A program made the position numbers and the translations under genes. A stretch of 64,000 nt of DNA from Bdellovibrionales bacterium (GTDB taxonomy: Bacteria > Bdellovibrionota > Bdellovibrionia > Bdellovibrionales > JAMPXM01), in contig JADJOF010000013.1 of NCBI GenBank assembly GCA_016713885.1, positions 2,223 to 66,222 on the forward strand, given 5' to 3'. Position 1 is the stretch's first letter. Every line of letters starts with the position of its first letter. Positions 39,478-48,620 of this stretch are shown here, piece after piece. The notes beneath the pieces were generated by a model, which was not told the DNA's origin, did not search any database, and saw nothing but the letters and a program-made list of their open reading frames with translations.

Positions 39478-41859
39478 GTGAACGTCAAGACTGTAGGGCT
39501 TGTGAGTCTGAAAGGGTTTTGTCTGCGTTTGGTGACTGGTGGAGTCGCCTCGCTTGCGTTGGTGGCTACTCTCGGCTGTCAGTTGAATACTCAAGAGGCT
39601 GCTGAGCCATTGCCCATGAAGCTTGGTGGACCGACGGCAAACTGCTTTGCGCCGAGTCTGCAGTCAGTCGAAAAGTATTTTAAGTCACAGGCCAGTGTTG
39701 AAGAGGTCGACTCGGCTTTTACGTGTTTTTCTGGCGCGCTCGACATGTTTGTCACCTATAGCCGCGGTTCAAAGCAGCACGACTCGTACTCAACGCAGGA
39801 GCTGCGCACTTTTCTTGAGCGCCATTTTTTGGGCGACCTTCATTTATCGGATCCACTTCTCGACGAGGTCATGCGAGTTAAGCAAGCGCTGTTGGGTGGG
39901 GCCGCTGATCAGATTACGAAAACTGAAATCTACCGTTTAATTGATGTTCTTGAAACATTTCGGCGCGAGGCGGTCCGTCTTCGCCCCTATGTGTCCATTT
40001 TAAATTTGTCGATTCCTAAAGACGATCCGTCGTTGGATCCAGCGCTGCTTGAACAGGCGATTTCTGATTTTGCATTTTCGATGGATACGTTGGGATCGCT
40101 TTTAGGGCAGTCGAAGCAAGTCTATCGCGTCGAGAATATGAAGGCACTGCTGACCGAGTTTCAGGGGCTCTATCGCGGCCGCTCCACTTGGAAAGGACCG
40201 AACTGGTTCTCAGAGAAAATGCAGCTCATCGCCGCCACGAAAGCGTTGTTGATTCGGCCCAATGGCAACGACATTGCGCCTGATGAGTGGCGACTTTTGT
40301 TTTCACATATTGGTCGCATCTATGGTCTGTTTTTGCGTTTGCAGTACGCACTCAGCGGCCGCGATCTCTTTAGAGGCGAGGGGCTCAATCAGCTCGAGAT
40401 CAGCGTCATTGAAGTCTTGGACGTTCTGAAAGAGGCAATGGCTTCAAAATCGAGCGGCAAGATCGACTACGCCTTAATCAACGCAGTTCTCGATGGTCTT
40501 GAGACGATGAATGAGCTCGAGCCTGGAGTGCTGCCATTACAGATTAAGACAATTCGCGACGTCATCCCGGTTTTGCTGGAGCGTGTTTTTAATCCCATTC
40601 GCCAAGATGACTCGCGCTTGGCGCCACCGATTGATCCAAATGATCCTTTAACGGCAAAGGGATCACGTGAGGAACAGGGCGGTCTTACGCCTGTGAATCT
40701 GGGGCGCATGCGCGAAGCGCTCTTTGCTTGGGTCGAGATGCAGCGTTTTTGGGAAAGGCTTGAAGTCGAAGCTGTCCGTCGGGATCCGCTGCTGGCGGGG
40801 CGACCGTTGCCGATGAAGCTGGTTCGCGAAATTTGGGATACATTCCAACCTGTCCACCAAGAAGCGTGGGCAGATTTGAAATCGTTGTTTGATCGTCCGA
40901 TGCCGCTTTCGACACGCTCGAATGGAAGTCTGCAGTTCCTCCAGTCCAAAGATGTGGTCATGGACTTTGAGTCCTTTAAACAAATGAACTGGAAGCAGAC
41001 GGTGGTTCGCGTGTTGGGCTACGGCTACGTGGCCGACCCGCAGGGCTTGCGGATGTCGGGAATTACACTGGATCAGTTTGAACAGGTTTTTAAAGACTTC
41101 CGAGCCGTTGCTGTGGATCTCAAGTTTCTTGAGCCCGACGATGTCACGATATGGAAAACGGGCTTTACGATCGCGAATATCTTTTTGTTCTCTTCAAACG
41201 GCGATGATCGTCTCGGCTATCACGAGGCCGTCGATTTGTTCGTCTTTTCGTTTGCGAGTTCAGAGATTGCAAAAAAGATTCGTGTCGATGTCGACGCGAA
41301 TTGTACCCCACTTGAGCCGGACAGCATGGGTCTTCCCAAAATCGAGGCCAAGTGTTGGCGTGAACGTGTGAAGACGGGTTACACATCGTATTTTACGGAT
41401 TTGCCGGGTTGGTTGAAGCAGGCGGCGAAGTTCGGTGAAAGTAGCTGGAAAAGCTTTTTTGGCAATCTGGAGAAGGCATCGCGGAAAGTGGAGAACCCGA
41501 AGGGTCCGTTGGCTTCAACGGAGATGGATCGGGCGATCTCCATCCATCACTATATTGAATCACTGTTCACGCGTTGGGATGCTAATCGCGATGGTGTGCT
41601 GACGAGACGTGAAGCCAATAAGGCCTTCTTCTTGTTTAAGAAACTTTTGAAGGAAGCTTCAGGTTTCGATGACGACGATGATGTTTTGGCCCTCTACATG
41701 TACCTGCTGACGTATGGAGAACCGCCAGACAAAGGTCGGTTTTCTGATATCGTGCGCTGGCTTTGGTGGAGTTCGAATCCCGACATTTGGGAGACTCGAG
41801 TTCACGCCAATCGCAGTCGAGTTACTCAGATTTTTGGGGCTCTGGCGGCTGAGCTTTAG
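39478..41859 (+). CDS. large lipoprotein of unknown function with a C-terminal EF-hand-like loop
   Basis: Intact 793 aa. Lipobox LVATLGC. WDANRDGVLTRREANKAF resembles a Ca-binding DxDxDG loop. Confidence 0.6.
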   Translation: MNVKTVGLVSLKGFCLRLVTGGVASLALVATLGCQLNTQEAAEPLPMKLGGPTANCFAPSLQSVEKYFKSQASVEEVDSAFTCFSGALDMFVTYSRGSKQHDSYSTQELRTFLERHFLGDLHLSDPLLDEVMRVKQALLGGAADQITKTEIYRLIDVLETFRREAVRLRPYVSILNLSIPKDDPSLDPALLEQAISDFAFSMDTLGSLLGQSKQVYRVENMKALLTEFQGLYRGRSTWKGPNWFSEKMQLIAATKALLIRPNGNDIAPDEWRLLFSHIGRIYGLFLRLQYALSGRDLFRGEGLNQLEISVIEVLDVLKEAMASKSSGKIDYALINAVLDGLETMNELEPGVLPLQIKTIRDVIPVLLERVFNPIRQDDSRLAPPIDPNDPLTAKGSREEQGGLTPVNLGRMREALFAWVEMQRFWERLEVEAVRRDPLLAGRPLPMKLVREIWDTFQPVHQEAWADLKSLFDRPMPLSTRSNGSLQFLQSKDVVMDFESFKQMNWKQTVVRVLGYGYVADPQGLRMSGITLDQFEQVFKDFRAVAVDLKFLEPDDVTIWKTGFTIANIFLFSSNGDDRLGYHEAVDLFVFSFASSEIAKKIRVDVDANCTPLEPDSMGLPKIEAKCWRERVKTGYTSYFTDLPGWLKQAAKFGESSWKSFFGNLEKASRKVENPKGPLASTEMDRAISIHHYIESLFTRWDANRDGVLTRREANKAFFLFKKLLKEASGFDDDDDVLALYMYLLTYGEPPDKGRFSDIVRWLWWSSNPDIWETRVHANRSRVTQIFGALAAEL

Positions 41860-42247
41860 CCAACACAGCGATGAGCGTTTCTTCGCTGACAGGTTTAATC
41901 AGGTAGGCGTTAGCACCGGCATTCATCACGGAGTTCCACTTTGAATGGTCGTACTCTTCAGCGAGAACGATAATTGGAAAGTGTGCGAACGAGCGCATTT
42001 GGCGGGTGGCGCGAATAAACTCGACCGCGTCCATTTCGGGCATGGTCCATTCCATAAAGACCATCGAGTAGGGCGCGTGGTCTTGCGCGGCTGACATGAG
42101 GAGCTGCAGGGCTTCCATACTGTCCGAGGACTCTTCGATATTGGGGTGTCCAAGTCGATTTAAATAGGCCTTTAAGAGAATTCGCGCGGGCTCGTGTGTG
42201 TCGACAATGAGGACGGGTTTCTGGTTGGCCTTAGGACTTTCGGACAT
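41822..42247 (-). CDS. CheY-like receiver domain protein, atypical (Glu at the phospho-acceptor position)
   Basis: PVLIVDTHEPAR..VFMEWTMPEMDAVEF..IIVLAEE..AYLIKPV. The expected DD pair reads DT, the phospho-Asp reads E, and the Thr/Ser reads A. The conserved Lys-Pro is kept. Confidence 0.75.
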   Translation of the reverse strand: MSESPKANQKPVLIVDTHEPARILLKAYLNRLGHPNIEESSDSMEALQLLMSAAQDHAPYSMVFMEWTMPEMDAVEFIRATRQMRSFAHFPIIVLAEEYDHSKWNSVMNAGANAYLIKPVSEETLIAVLAKAQPPEPQKSE

Positions 42248-42311
42248 ATGTTTAGCGTATACTCTTAATCCCGGCCTTGTCGACCCGCGTTGTTTCAAGG
42301 AGACTGAATCG

Positions 42312-43259
42312 GTGAGCAATAATCGATCAGTAAAGTCTATCTCGATTGAGACGGCCATGACTTGGGATACGGCGCCGTTCAATCTCTATATCCAACTACC
42401 TGATTCGCGCTTTTTGGCGTTGTTTCGAACTGGGAATCCCATTGATAAGCAGCGACTGCAGAAGTACGCCGCGAAAGGTGTCACAACCTTGTGGTCAAGC
42501 GAGCAGGAGCTGGCGGATGCGATTTCGGCCGAACTTGGAAATGTCGGCGCTGGTGGAGCCGATCCGCGAATGGAAGTGCTGACGAAGTTGTCGGTTGCAG
42601 TTTTTGACCAACTGGCGCGACTCGGGATTTCGGAAGAGAGCTTCAACCACGCGAAGGCCGTCGGCAAAGTTGTGCGCAGTGTACTTGAGAAAGATCCGAA
42701 GCTTTCAGACGCATTCTTGAAATTTCAGACGATGCAGCCGGACCAGGTGCGGCATTCGTTGATGGTTTCGGCTCTGGCGACAGTTTTGGCAAATGGGATG
42801 GAGTGGATCAAGCCGTCGACAATCGAGAATATTGGTCTCGGCGCACTCCTTCACGATATTGGTAAGCTGACCCTACCTGCGGAAATCTTGAATACAGATC
42901 CTGGCCTGCTTTCTCAGACGGATCGGAAAATTCTTGAGGGTCACTGCGAGGCTGGGCGCTCGATCTTGTCGGGCTTGAAGACAATACCTGAGGAAGTTTA
43001 CATGATAGTCGCTCATCATCATGAGCGTGCAGACGGTTCAGGATATCCCCAAGGTCTGAAGGACATCTACATTCATCCGTTGGCGCGAGTTGTTTCGATT
43101 GCCAATGAGATCGTTGATCGCTACGAGCGCGATCAAAAGGCCGGCCGACAGACTTCGATCAAGGCTCTTGTTGAAGCCACGCTGGCTGCCTCGGCCTCAC
43201 GCTTCAATCGCGACGTCGTCAAAGCGCTACAAAAAATGGTCGCTGCCGAGAAATTCTGA
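42312..43259 (+). CDS. HD-GYP domain protein (putative c-di-GMP phosphodiesterase)
   Basis: GALLHDIGKLTLP and HHERADGSGYPQGL motifs. AAGGAG SD 9 nt before GTG 42312; alternative start ATG 42357. Confidence 0.85.
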   Translation: MSNNRSVKSISIETAMTWDTAPFNLYIQLPDSRFLALFRTGNPIDKQRLQKYAAKGVTTLWSSEQELADAISAELGNVGAGGADPRMEVLTKLSVAVFDQLARLGISEESFNHAKAVGKVVRSVLEKDPKLSDAFLKFQTMQPDQVRHSLMVSALATVLANGMEWIKPSTIENIGLGALLHDIGKLTLPAEILNTDPGLLSQTDRKILEGHCEAGRSILSGLKTIPEEVYMIVAHHHERADGSGYPQGLKDIYIHPLARVVSIANEIVDRYERDQKAGRQTSIKALVEATLAASASRFNRDVVKALQKMVAAEKF

Positions 43260-43261
43260 GA

Positions 43262-43280
43262 AAAGGTACATTGTACCTTT
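43262..43280. repeat. third copy of the GGTACAWTGTACCTTTC palindromic repeat
   Basis: AAAGGTACA-T-TGTACCTTT is a perfect 9+1+9 palindrome, 3 nt after the HD-GYP stop and 16 nt before the convergent DMT stop. It matches the 14771 copy at 21 of 23 positions, including the trailing YGCGAC. Confidence 0.6.
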
Positions 43281-43295
43281 CTGCGACTGGCGGCG

Positions 43296-44230
43296 TCATT
43301 GGGCGCTCATCAAGAGGACGATAAATCCGGCGATAAAGAAGGCGAAGGCCAGCGCGAGAGAGCGGCTGATGGGCTTTTTTGCAAAGTGGTTTCAAGAAGA
43401 GCGGCGAACATTGGGCCGGTGATGGCGATCGCTGAAATTGAAGCGAGATGACCAATTTGAATCGCGGTCAGGTAGAGGCAGAGTGAGAGAAAGGTTCCGG
43501 CAAAGCATCCGAAGAAGAGAATGCCCTGGGTGCGTCGGTCGTAGCGAATAAAATTGGAGTAGAGTCCGATCACCGGAGTGTGATCGTGTTTGGGGCGACG
43601 CAGTCGAAGGAATCCTGCGTAGAAGGCGTAGAAAACAAGTGCGCCGATGCAGCGAATGAAGTGGCCTTCGAGTGGTTGGCTGTGTGGACTTTGCTCAAAG
43701 GCGAGGCGGGTGAGGAGGACTCCACCGCTGTCGAGCGAAACGCCGAGTAGCGCAAAGAAGAAGCCGCGAAGCTCCCAGCGCTTGTTTTCGCGGTAGTGCT
43801 CGAGATTGAAAATGATCAGACAGGCGATCAGGCAGCCGACGGCGATGAGTCGGAGGCTGCTGAACGTTTGTCCGAAGAGAAGGCTTCCGGCAAGTCCGAG
43901 AGCGATCGGTTGAAAACCATAGAGAATCAGCGTGCGGGAAACGCCGATGCGGACAAAGGCGTCGAGTAAGAAGAGGTCGCCGATGCCGAGACCAATCGCG
44001 CCAGAAATGAGTAGTAACAAAGTGGAGTTGAGCGTTGGCGGCGCATAGCCCGACCACTGCCCGTTGATAGCGAACAAAATCGGAAGAGTGAGAGGGAGGA
44101 GAGAAAAGGCGACAAATGCCTTGAAGGTGTTCATCCACAACACCGAAATGCGTCGAGAGTAGTGAGCGAAGATAAGGCTTGCGCCGGAGAAGCTGAGGGT
44201 TGCTCCGAACGTGAGAAGGTAGGGGAGCAT
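43296..44230 (-). pseudogene. DMT superfamily (EamA-like) transporter, one frameshift near the 3' end
   Basis: Ten-TM-like profile. After ..LLETTLQK the frame is lost at the A6/T6 run 43375-43380. The corrected tail KPISRSLALAFAFFIAGFIVLLMSAQ ends at 43296. Confidence 0.7.
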
Positions 44231-45264
44231 CAGTTCACTTCAAGGTCGATATAGGTGACTTCGGGAAACTGGTTGCGAATTTGAATTTCCAACAGATTGA
44301 TTTCGCGCCCCATGACTCGAACCATACGTTCAGCGGTTTCGTAGAGGACAGGCGTTGGGTCTTCGCCGTCGCGGATGCGTTCGGCATCGCGTTCGATCAC
44401 GTGGCGATCGATGAAAGTGCTTCCGTGAAATTCGATTTCAGCCGCCAGACGCACGCTTCCGGGAGCGAGAACCGCGGTCTTGATATTGGTCACTCGTTCG
44501 ATCGCGGGCAGGGACTCGAGATACTCTTTGATCTCGAGTTCGCGCACGGGATCTGTGGCAACGCCCATCAAAATACGGCCGTTGGCGATTGCAAGAACGA
44601 CCGCCATGATTCCAAGGAGGAAGCCAATCACAATCGACGCAATAGCGTCGGGAAGTGGGCTTTGCAGATATTTGGATAGTCCAATGCCGACGAATGCGGT
44701 GACGACGCCGAGAACCGCAATCGAATCTTCAAGCAGAACGGCCACGCCGGTGGGGTCGTCACCTTTGCGCACGAATTCCCAAAACGGCATTTCGCCGCGA
44801 GCGGCAGTGACTCCGCGGAAGGCGATAATCAACGTGTAGCCTTCGATGAGAAACGAGATGAGCAAGATGAGCATCGGCAGTGCGCTGTCGTGCACGGGAT
44901 CGGTGGGACTTGCTGAGATGAGTTGCGAAATTCCGTGCCAGGTGGTGAAGCCAAAGCCCACAAAGAAGATGCCGACGGCGCTGACGAGATTCCAAATATA
45001 TCGGGCGCGGCCTTTGCCGAACGGGAATTCTTTTGTCGGCCGACCGCGGCCGTGGCCGATGCCGACGAGGAGAAGGACTTGATTTAAAGTGTCAGCAAGT
45101 GAGTGAACACTTTCTGCGAGCATTGACGGGCTGTGATTGAGCATCCAGCCAAGGAACTTGCCGATGGTCACAATTCCGTTACCGAGAATGGCGAAAATAA
45201 CCGGACGGATTGAGGCATCATCCCAAATGGTACCGGAAGAACGGCTACGACTGTCAGACTCCAC
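44230..45264 (-). CDS. cation diffusion facilitator family transporter
   Basis: LAESVHSLADTLNQVLLLVGI TM2 motif, six TM segments and a C-terminal cytoplasmic domain. Confidence 0.85.
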   Translation of the reverse strand: MESDSRSRSSGTIWDDASIRPVIFAILGNGIVTIGKFLGWMLNHSPSMLAESVHSLADTLNQVLLLVGIGHGRGRPTKEFPFGKGRARYIWNLVSAVGIFFVGFGFTTWHGISQLISASPTDPVHDSALPMLILLISFLIEGYTLIIAFRGVTAARGEMPFWEFVRKGDDPTGVAVLLEDSIAVLGVVTAFVGIGLSKYLQSPLPDAIASIVIGFLLGIMAVVLAIANGRILMGVATDPVRELEIKEYLESLPAIERVTNIKTAVLAPGSVRLAAEIEFHGSTFIDRHVIERDAERIRDGEDPTPVLYETAERMVRVMGREINLLEIQIRNQFPEVTYIDLEVN

Positions 45265-45346
45265 GTGACGACCTCAAGACTCAACTTTCGTACATCGCCG
45301 GCCGCTATGGCAATGGCTATAACAACGGCGACTGCGGCGAGATGCG

Positions 45347-45757
45347 TTATTCTGCCTGCAATTTGGCTTTGATATGGGGAGGAATGGCCATTTTGCCACG
45401 AGTCTTCGCATCCATGAAGACGTGGACTGTGCGAACGATCGCGCGCGGCTTTGCCTCACCATTGGCGGTGATCGCGCTTTCGAGCGAGAAGCCGGAGTCG
45501 CGCGTTTCAGTGACAGTCAACGTGATGGAGTAGGTGTGTCCAACTTCGAGCGGAGCAAAGTGCTCAGTTTCTGAGCGACGTAGCGGAACGCCGAACTCGG
45601 AATTGAGAAACCACTCCTTGTAGCCGATTCCAAGGTGTTGAACGACCCAGCTTTCGTAGGCGTGATGATGGTAACGAAGCACGTGGCCGAAGAAGCCAAT
45701 GCCGGCGGGATCTGCTTCGTCAAAGCGCACGGTGAAGGATGAAGAGAAGGGCTGCAT
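45347..45757 (-). CDS. 4HBT/YbgC-like acyl-CoA thioesterase
   Basis: FTVRFDEADPAGIGFFGHVLRYHHHAYESW. Start taken at ATG 45757. Confidence 0.8.
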   Translation of the reverse strand: MQPFSSSFTVRFDEADPAGIGFFGHVLRYHHHAYESWVVQHLGIGYKEWFLNSEFGVPLRRSETEHFAPLEVGHTYSITLTVTETRDSGFSLESAITANGEAKPRAIVRTVHVFMDAKTRGKMAIPPHIKAKLQAE

Positions 45758-45833
45758 GGCCCCAGAATGAGTGCTCGCGGCGCAGCCCACAACATTTGAC
45801 TTGCGCGGAATGCGGTGCAACATCAGACCCTGA

Positions 45834-46777
45834 ATGCAGATCAAGATCTATAGCCCCAGTGACTTTCCTTCTTACCTTCCGAAGTTGAACGGCCTCTATG
45901 ATGAGCTGTTCCGCGACGGCAAAGGTTTTCGCAGTCGATTGATCGGTCGATTGGTTCGGCGCTGGGCCTTGAGCCGCGCGTGATCGATCTTTTGGGGCAG
46001 ACGATTGAGTTCATTCATAACGCGTCGTTGTTGCATGATGATCTTGTCGATCGTTCGGCACTTCGCCGAGGCAAGCCAGCGGCATGGACGAAGTACACTC
46101 CCGAATATGCGGTCTTGGCTGGCGATTATCTTTTGGCGCGCGTGATGGTGAACCTGTCCGCACACGGCAATATTCGGTTGATTCAAGAGACCGCGCAGGC
46201 GATTTCGGACCTGCTTGAGGGCGAGTGGATTCAGGACTCGTTGGTTCGCGACATGTCGGTGCGTCTGACAGATTTGGATCGCGTTCACAATTTGAAGACG
46301 GGTTCGCTCTTTAAGTGGTGTTTGAGAGCGCCCTTTATTGCAAAACAGCGTCTTGATGATCGGTTGCTCGGGCGACTTGAGGAATGTGGCACAATTCTGG
46401 GCGTGCTGTTTCAGCGCAGCGACGATCTTTTGGATTTTGACGTGCGCAATGATGAGGGCAAGGCCATTCTTGGTGACTTGAAGTCGGGATACTTGAATTC
46501 GTTTTCGGTTTGGTTGCTTTCGGATTTTCGTGAGAATGACCGCCCTCGTTTTGAACGAGCGATCAAATGCCAGTCACTTGGAGAGTTTAAGTCGGCAATT
46601 GGCGAGCAGCATTTTGAGAGCCGACTGCACGATTTTGATCAAGAGAACCAGCGTTTGATCGATCTGTATCAGCACCGTCTCCAGGAATTGCAAGCCGACC
46701 TCCTGCCAGAAGAAGTGCCCGTCACTCGCGATCTCAAAGAACTGCCGCAGCTTCTCTACTGGCAAAAAAGGAACTGA
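45834..46777 (+). pseudogene. polyprenyl diphosphate synthase, one frameshift near the 5' end
   Basis: First DDxxD (LLHDDLVD) and second DDxxD (FQRSDDLLDF) motifs. The N-terminal 40 codons (MQIKIYSP..RSRLIGRLV) are in another frame, with the switch near 45950-45960. Confidence 0.8.
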
Positions 46778-47898
46778 TGGTGAGGACCGACCGCTTCGTC
46801 ACTCTCACTGGAGACGATCCTCGTTTGCGTTTGCACCTGATGGGCAGCGACGGAACACGTGGCGATCGGGTTAGGCCGGTCTTGGTTTCGTCTTTGAACC
46901 CGCACTTGTTTCGAAGCGTCCAGCTGAACGAGTGGACGTTTGAATACGTCGATGTGACGGCCCTGCGTCGTCCGTCTTTTTTTAAGGTTTGGCTTTTGGC
47001 TTTGAGGCCGGAGACCTGGGTGCTTTCTCTGGCACCAATGGTTTCGGTTTTGGGTCTGTTGCTCGGGACATCGACGGCGCTTTCGGTGGCAGAAGTTGTG
47101 AGCGTGATTTCTGGAATCATTGCCCTGCATGCCGCGATCAATCTTTTTGATGATTATCACGACCATATGCGTGGTTGGGATCGCGTTGCGTCTCACGGTG
47201 GCGCGCGTGTGTTGGCGCAAGGCTGGCTGCGCGCAGGTGAAGTGCGAGGCGTGGCGTGGGCGCTCTTTGCGACGGCGTGTGCGATGGGGCTGCACGTGTT
47301 GTCGAAGCGGTCGGCGGGGCCGATGATACTGGTCGCGGTCTGTGCGTTTTTGGCCGGGCTTGAGTTTGCGGTCTCGCGCTTCGGTCTTAAGTATCGCGGG
47401 TATGCTGAAATCGCGGCGTGGTTTATGTTTGGTCTGATGCTGACGGTGGGCTTGAACTGGGCTCTGACGGGAAGTTGGAGCCTATCGGCGCTGGCCTTGG
47501 GCGCACTGTTTGGCTCAGTGGCGCTGCTTGCGATTCATTTGAAAAATTTTGAGAACATTCTGACGGATGGTCAGGCGCGACTTCTGACCTGGCCGGTACG
47601 GGCTGGCTTTGATGCATCGAAGACGTTCACGGTTTTATGCGCCGGGCTTTTGATGTTTAGTTTCGCTCTGGTTTTGGTTTTTGTTACCCCATGGCCTGAG
47701 CGATTGATTGCGCTGGTGGCGCTGGTCAGTGGCATCGGCCCGCTTTTGGGTCGCGTGTCGCGCATTAAGTCACCGGTTGCAGGAGAGATGCGTGGACTCT
47801 ATCGCGGAGCACTTCGCTTGGCGTGGTTGCTCTTTGCCGGATTTGTCGTGGGTGACTTGATTCACTTCTGGGGCGACCAGTTCGTATCGATGTTATGA
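46777..47898 (+). CDS. UbiA/MenA-family prenyltransferase with an N-terminal soluble extension
   Basis: NLFDDYHDHMRGWD (NxxDxxxD) motif and a polytopic profile. About 65 extra N-terminal residues. Confidence 0.75.
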   Translation: MVRTDRFVTLTGDDPRLRLHLMGSDGTRGDRVRPVLVSSLNPHLFRSVQLNEWTFEYVDVTALRRPSFFKVWLLALRPETWVLSLAPMVSVLGLLLGTSTALSVAEVVSVISGIIALHAAINLFDDYHDHMRGWDRVASHGGARVLAQGWLRAGEVRGVAWALFATACAMGLHVLSKRSAGPMILVAVCAFLAGLEFAVSRFGLKYRGYAEIAAWFMFGLMLTVGLNWALTGSWSLSALALGALFGSVALLAIHLKNFENILTDGQARLLTWPVRAGFDASKTFTVLCAGLLMFSFALVLVFVTPWPERLIALVALVSGIGPLLGRVSRIKSPVAGEMRGLYRGALRLAWLLFAGFVVGDLIHFWGDQFVSML

Positions 47899-48620
47899 GC
47901 GAGCGTTTTTACGTCGAAAGCGTACCGTTTGCTGAGACTGCTGCGGTGGCACTATTTGACCGCGAGCGTCCGAAGCAGAATCCTATTTTTGTTGATTTTG
48001 AAAGCGCTCAACTGAAGTTTCGTCGCCGCGGTGGTGTTGATGGCGAAATGGTGGTGAAGAGTTTCGGCCTTTCGCCACGTGAGCGAGCGGGACGATTGAT
48101 TGTCGACTGCTCGGCGGGCCTCGGCACAGACGCCTATCTTTTGGCGCTGGCTGGCTATCGGGTTCTTGCGGTTGAGCGGAATCCGCTGGTCTTTGCTATG
48201 CTGCAGGACGGTTGGCGACGAATGTCTGATGCGCGGACCGCGCGCGGTGAGCCCGGACTTGAGTTTCGTGTCGTAGCGGGCGAGGGCTCTGACGTTTTGC
48301 GTGAGCTGTTGGCGGCAGGTGAGCGACCTTACGGCGTTTACTTTGATCCGATGTTTGAGGATGAATCAAAAAAAGGAAAATCGCTGCCTCGCAAAGAGAT
48401 GGCGACGTTGCGTGATTTGCTGTTTGGCACCGTGATCGGTGGTCAGAGTCCGGCAGAATTTCTTCGCTATGCCATGGGTGTGGTCATTGGGCGAGTGGTC
48501 GTTAAAAGGCCGACCGGTGCTCCCCCGGTGCTGCTGGAGCCCGGTCCGGTGAACCGCATCGAGGGCAAGGTCGCGGGGTATGATATTTACCCTTGTCGGG
48601 TTGCTCCGCCTCGCCAATGA
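47895..48620 (+). CDS. rsmJ: RsmJ-like class I SAM-dependent methyltransferase
   Basis: IVDCSAGLGTDAYLLALAGYRVLAVERNPLVFAMLQDG closely follows the RsmJ (YhiQ) pattern. Confidence 0.7.
   Translation: MSERFYVESVPFAETAAVALFDRERPKQNPIFVDFESAQLKFRRRGGVDGEMVVKSFGLSPRERAGRLIVDCSAGLGTDAYLLALAGYRVLAVERNPLVFAMLQDGWRRMSDARTARGEPGLEFRVVAGEGSDVLRELLAAGERPYGVYFDPMFEDESKKGKSLPRKEMATLRDLLFGTVIGGQSPAEFLRYAMGVVIGRVVVKRPTGAPPVLLEPGPVNRIEGKVAGYDIYPCRVAPPRQ

Noticed and set aside
41768-41780. GGAGTTCGAATCC looks like a tRNA T-arm.
   Set aside because: The flanking bases cannot form the T-stem (TGGAG versus CCCGA), and no acceptor or anticodon arms are present. It is inside the 793-aa ORF.
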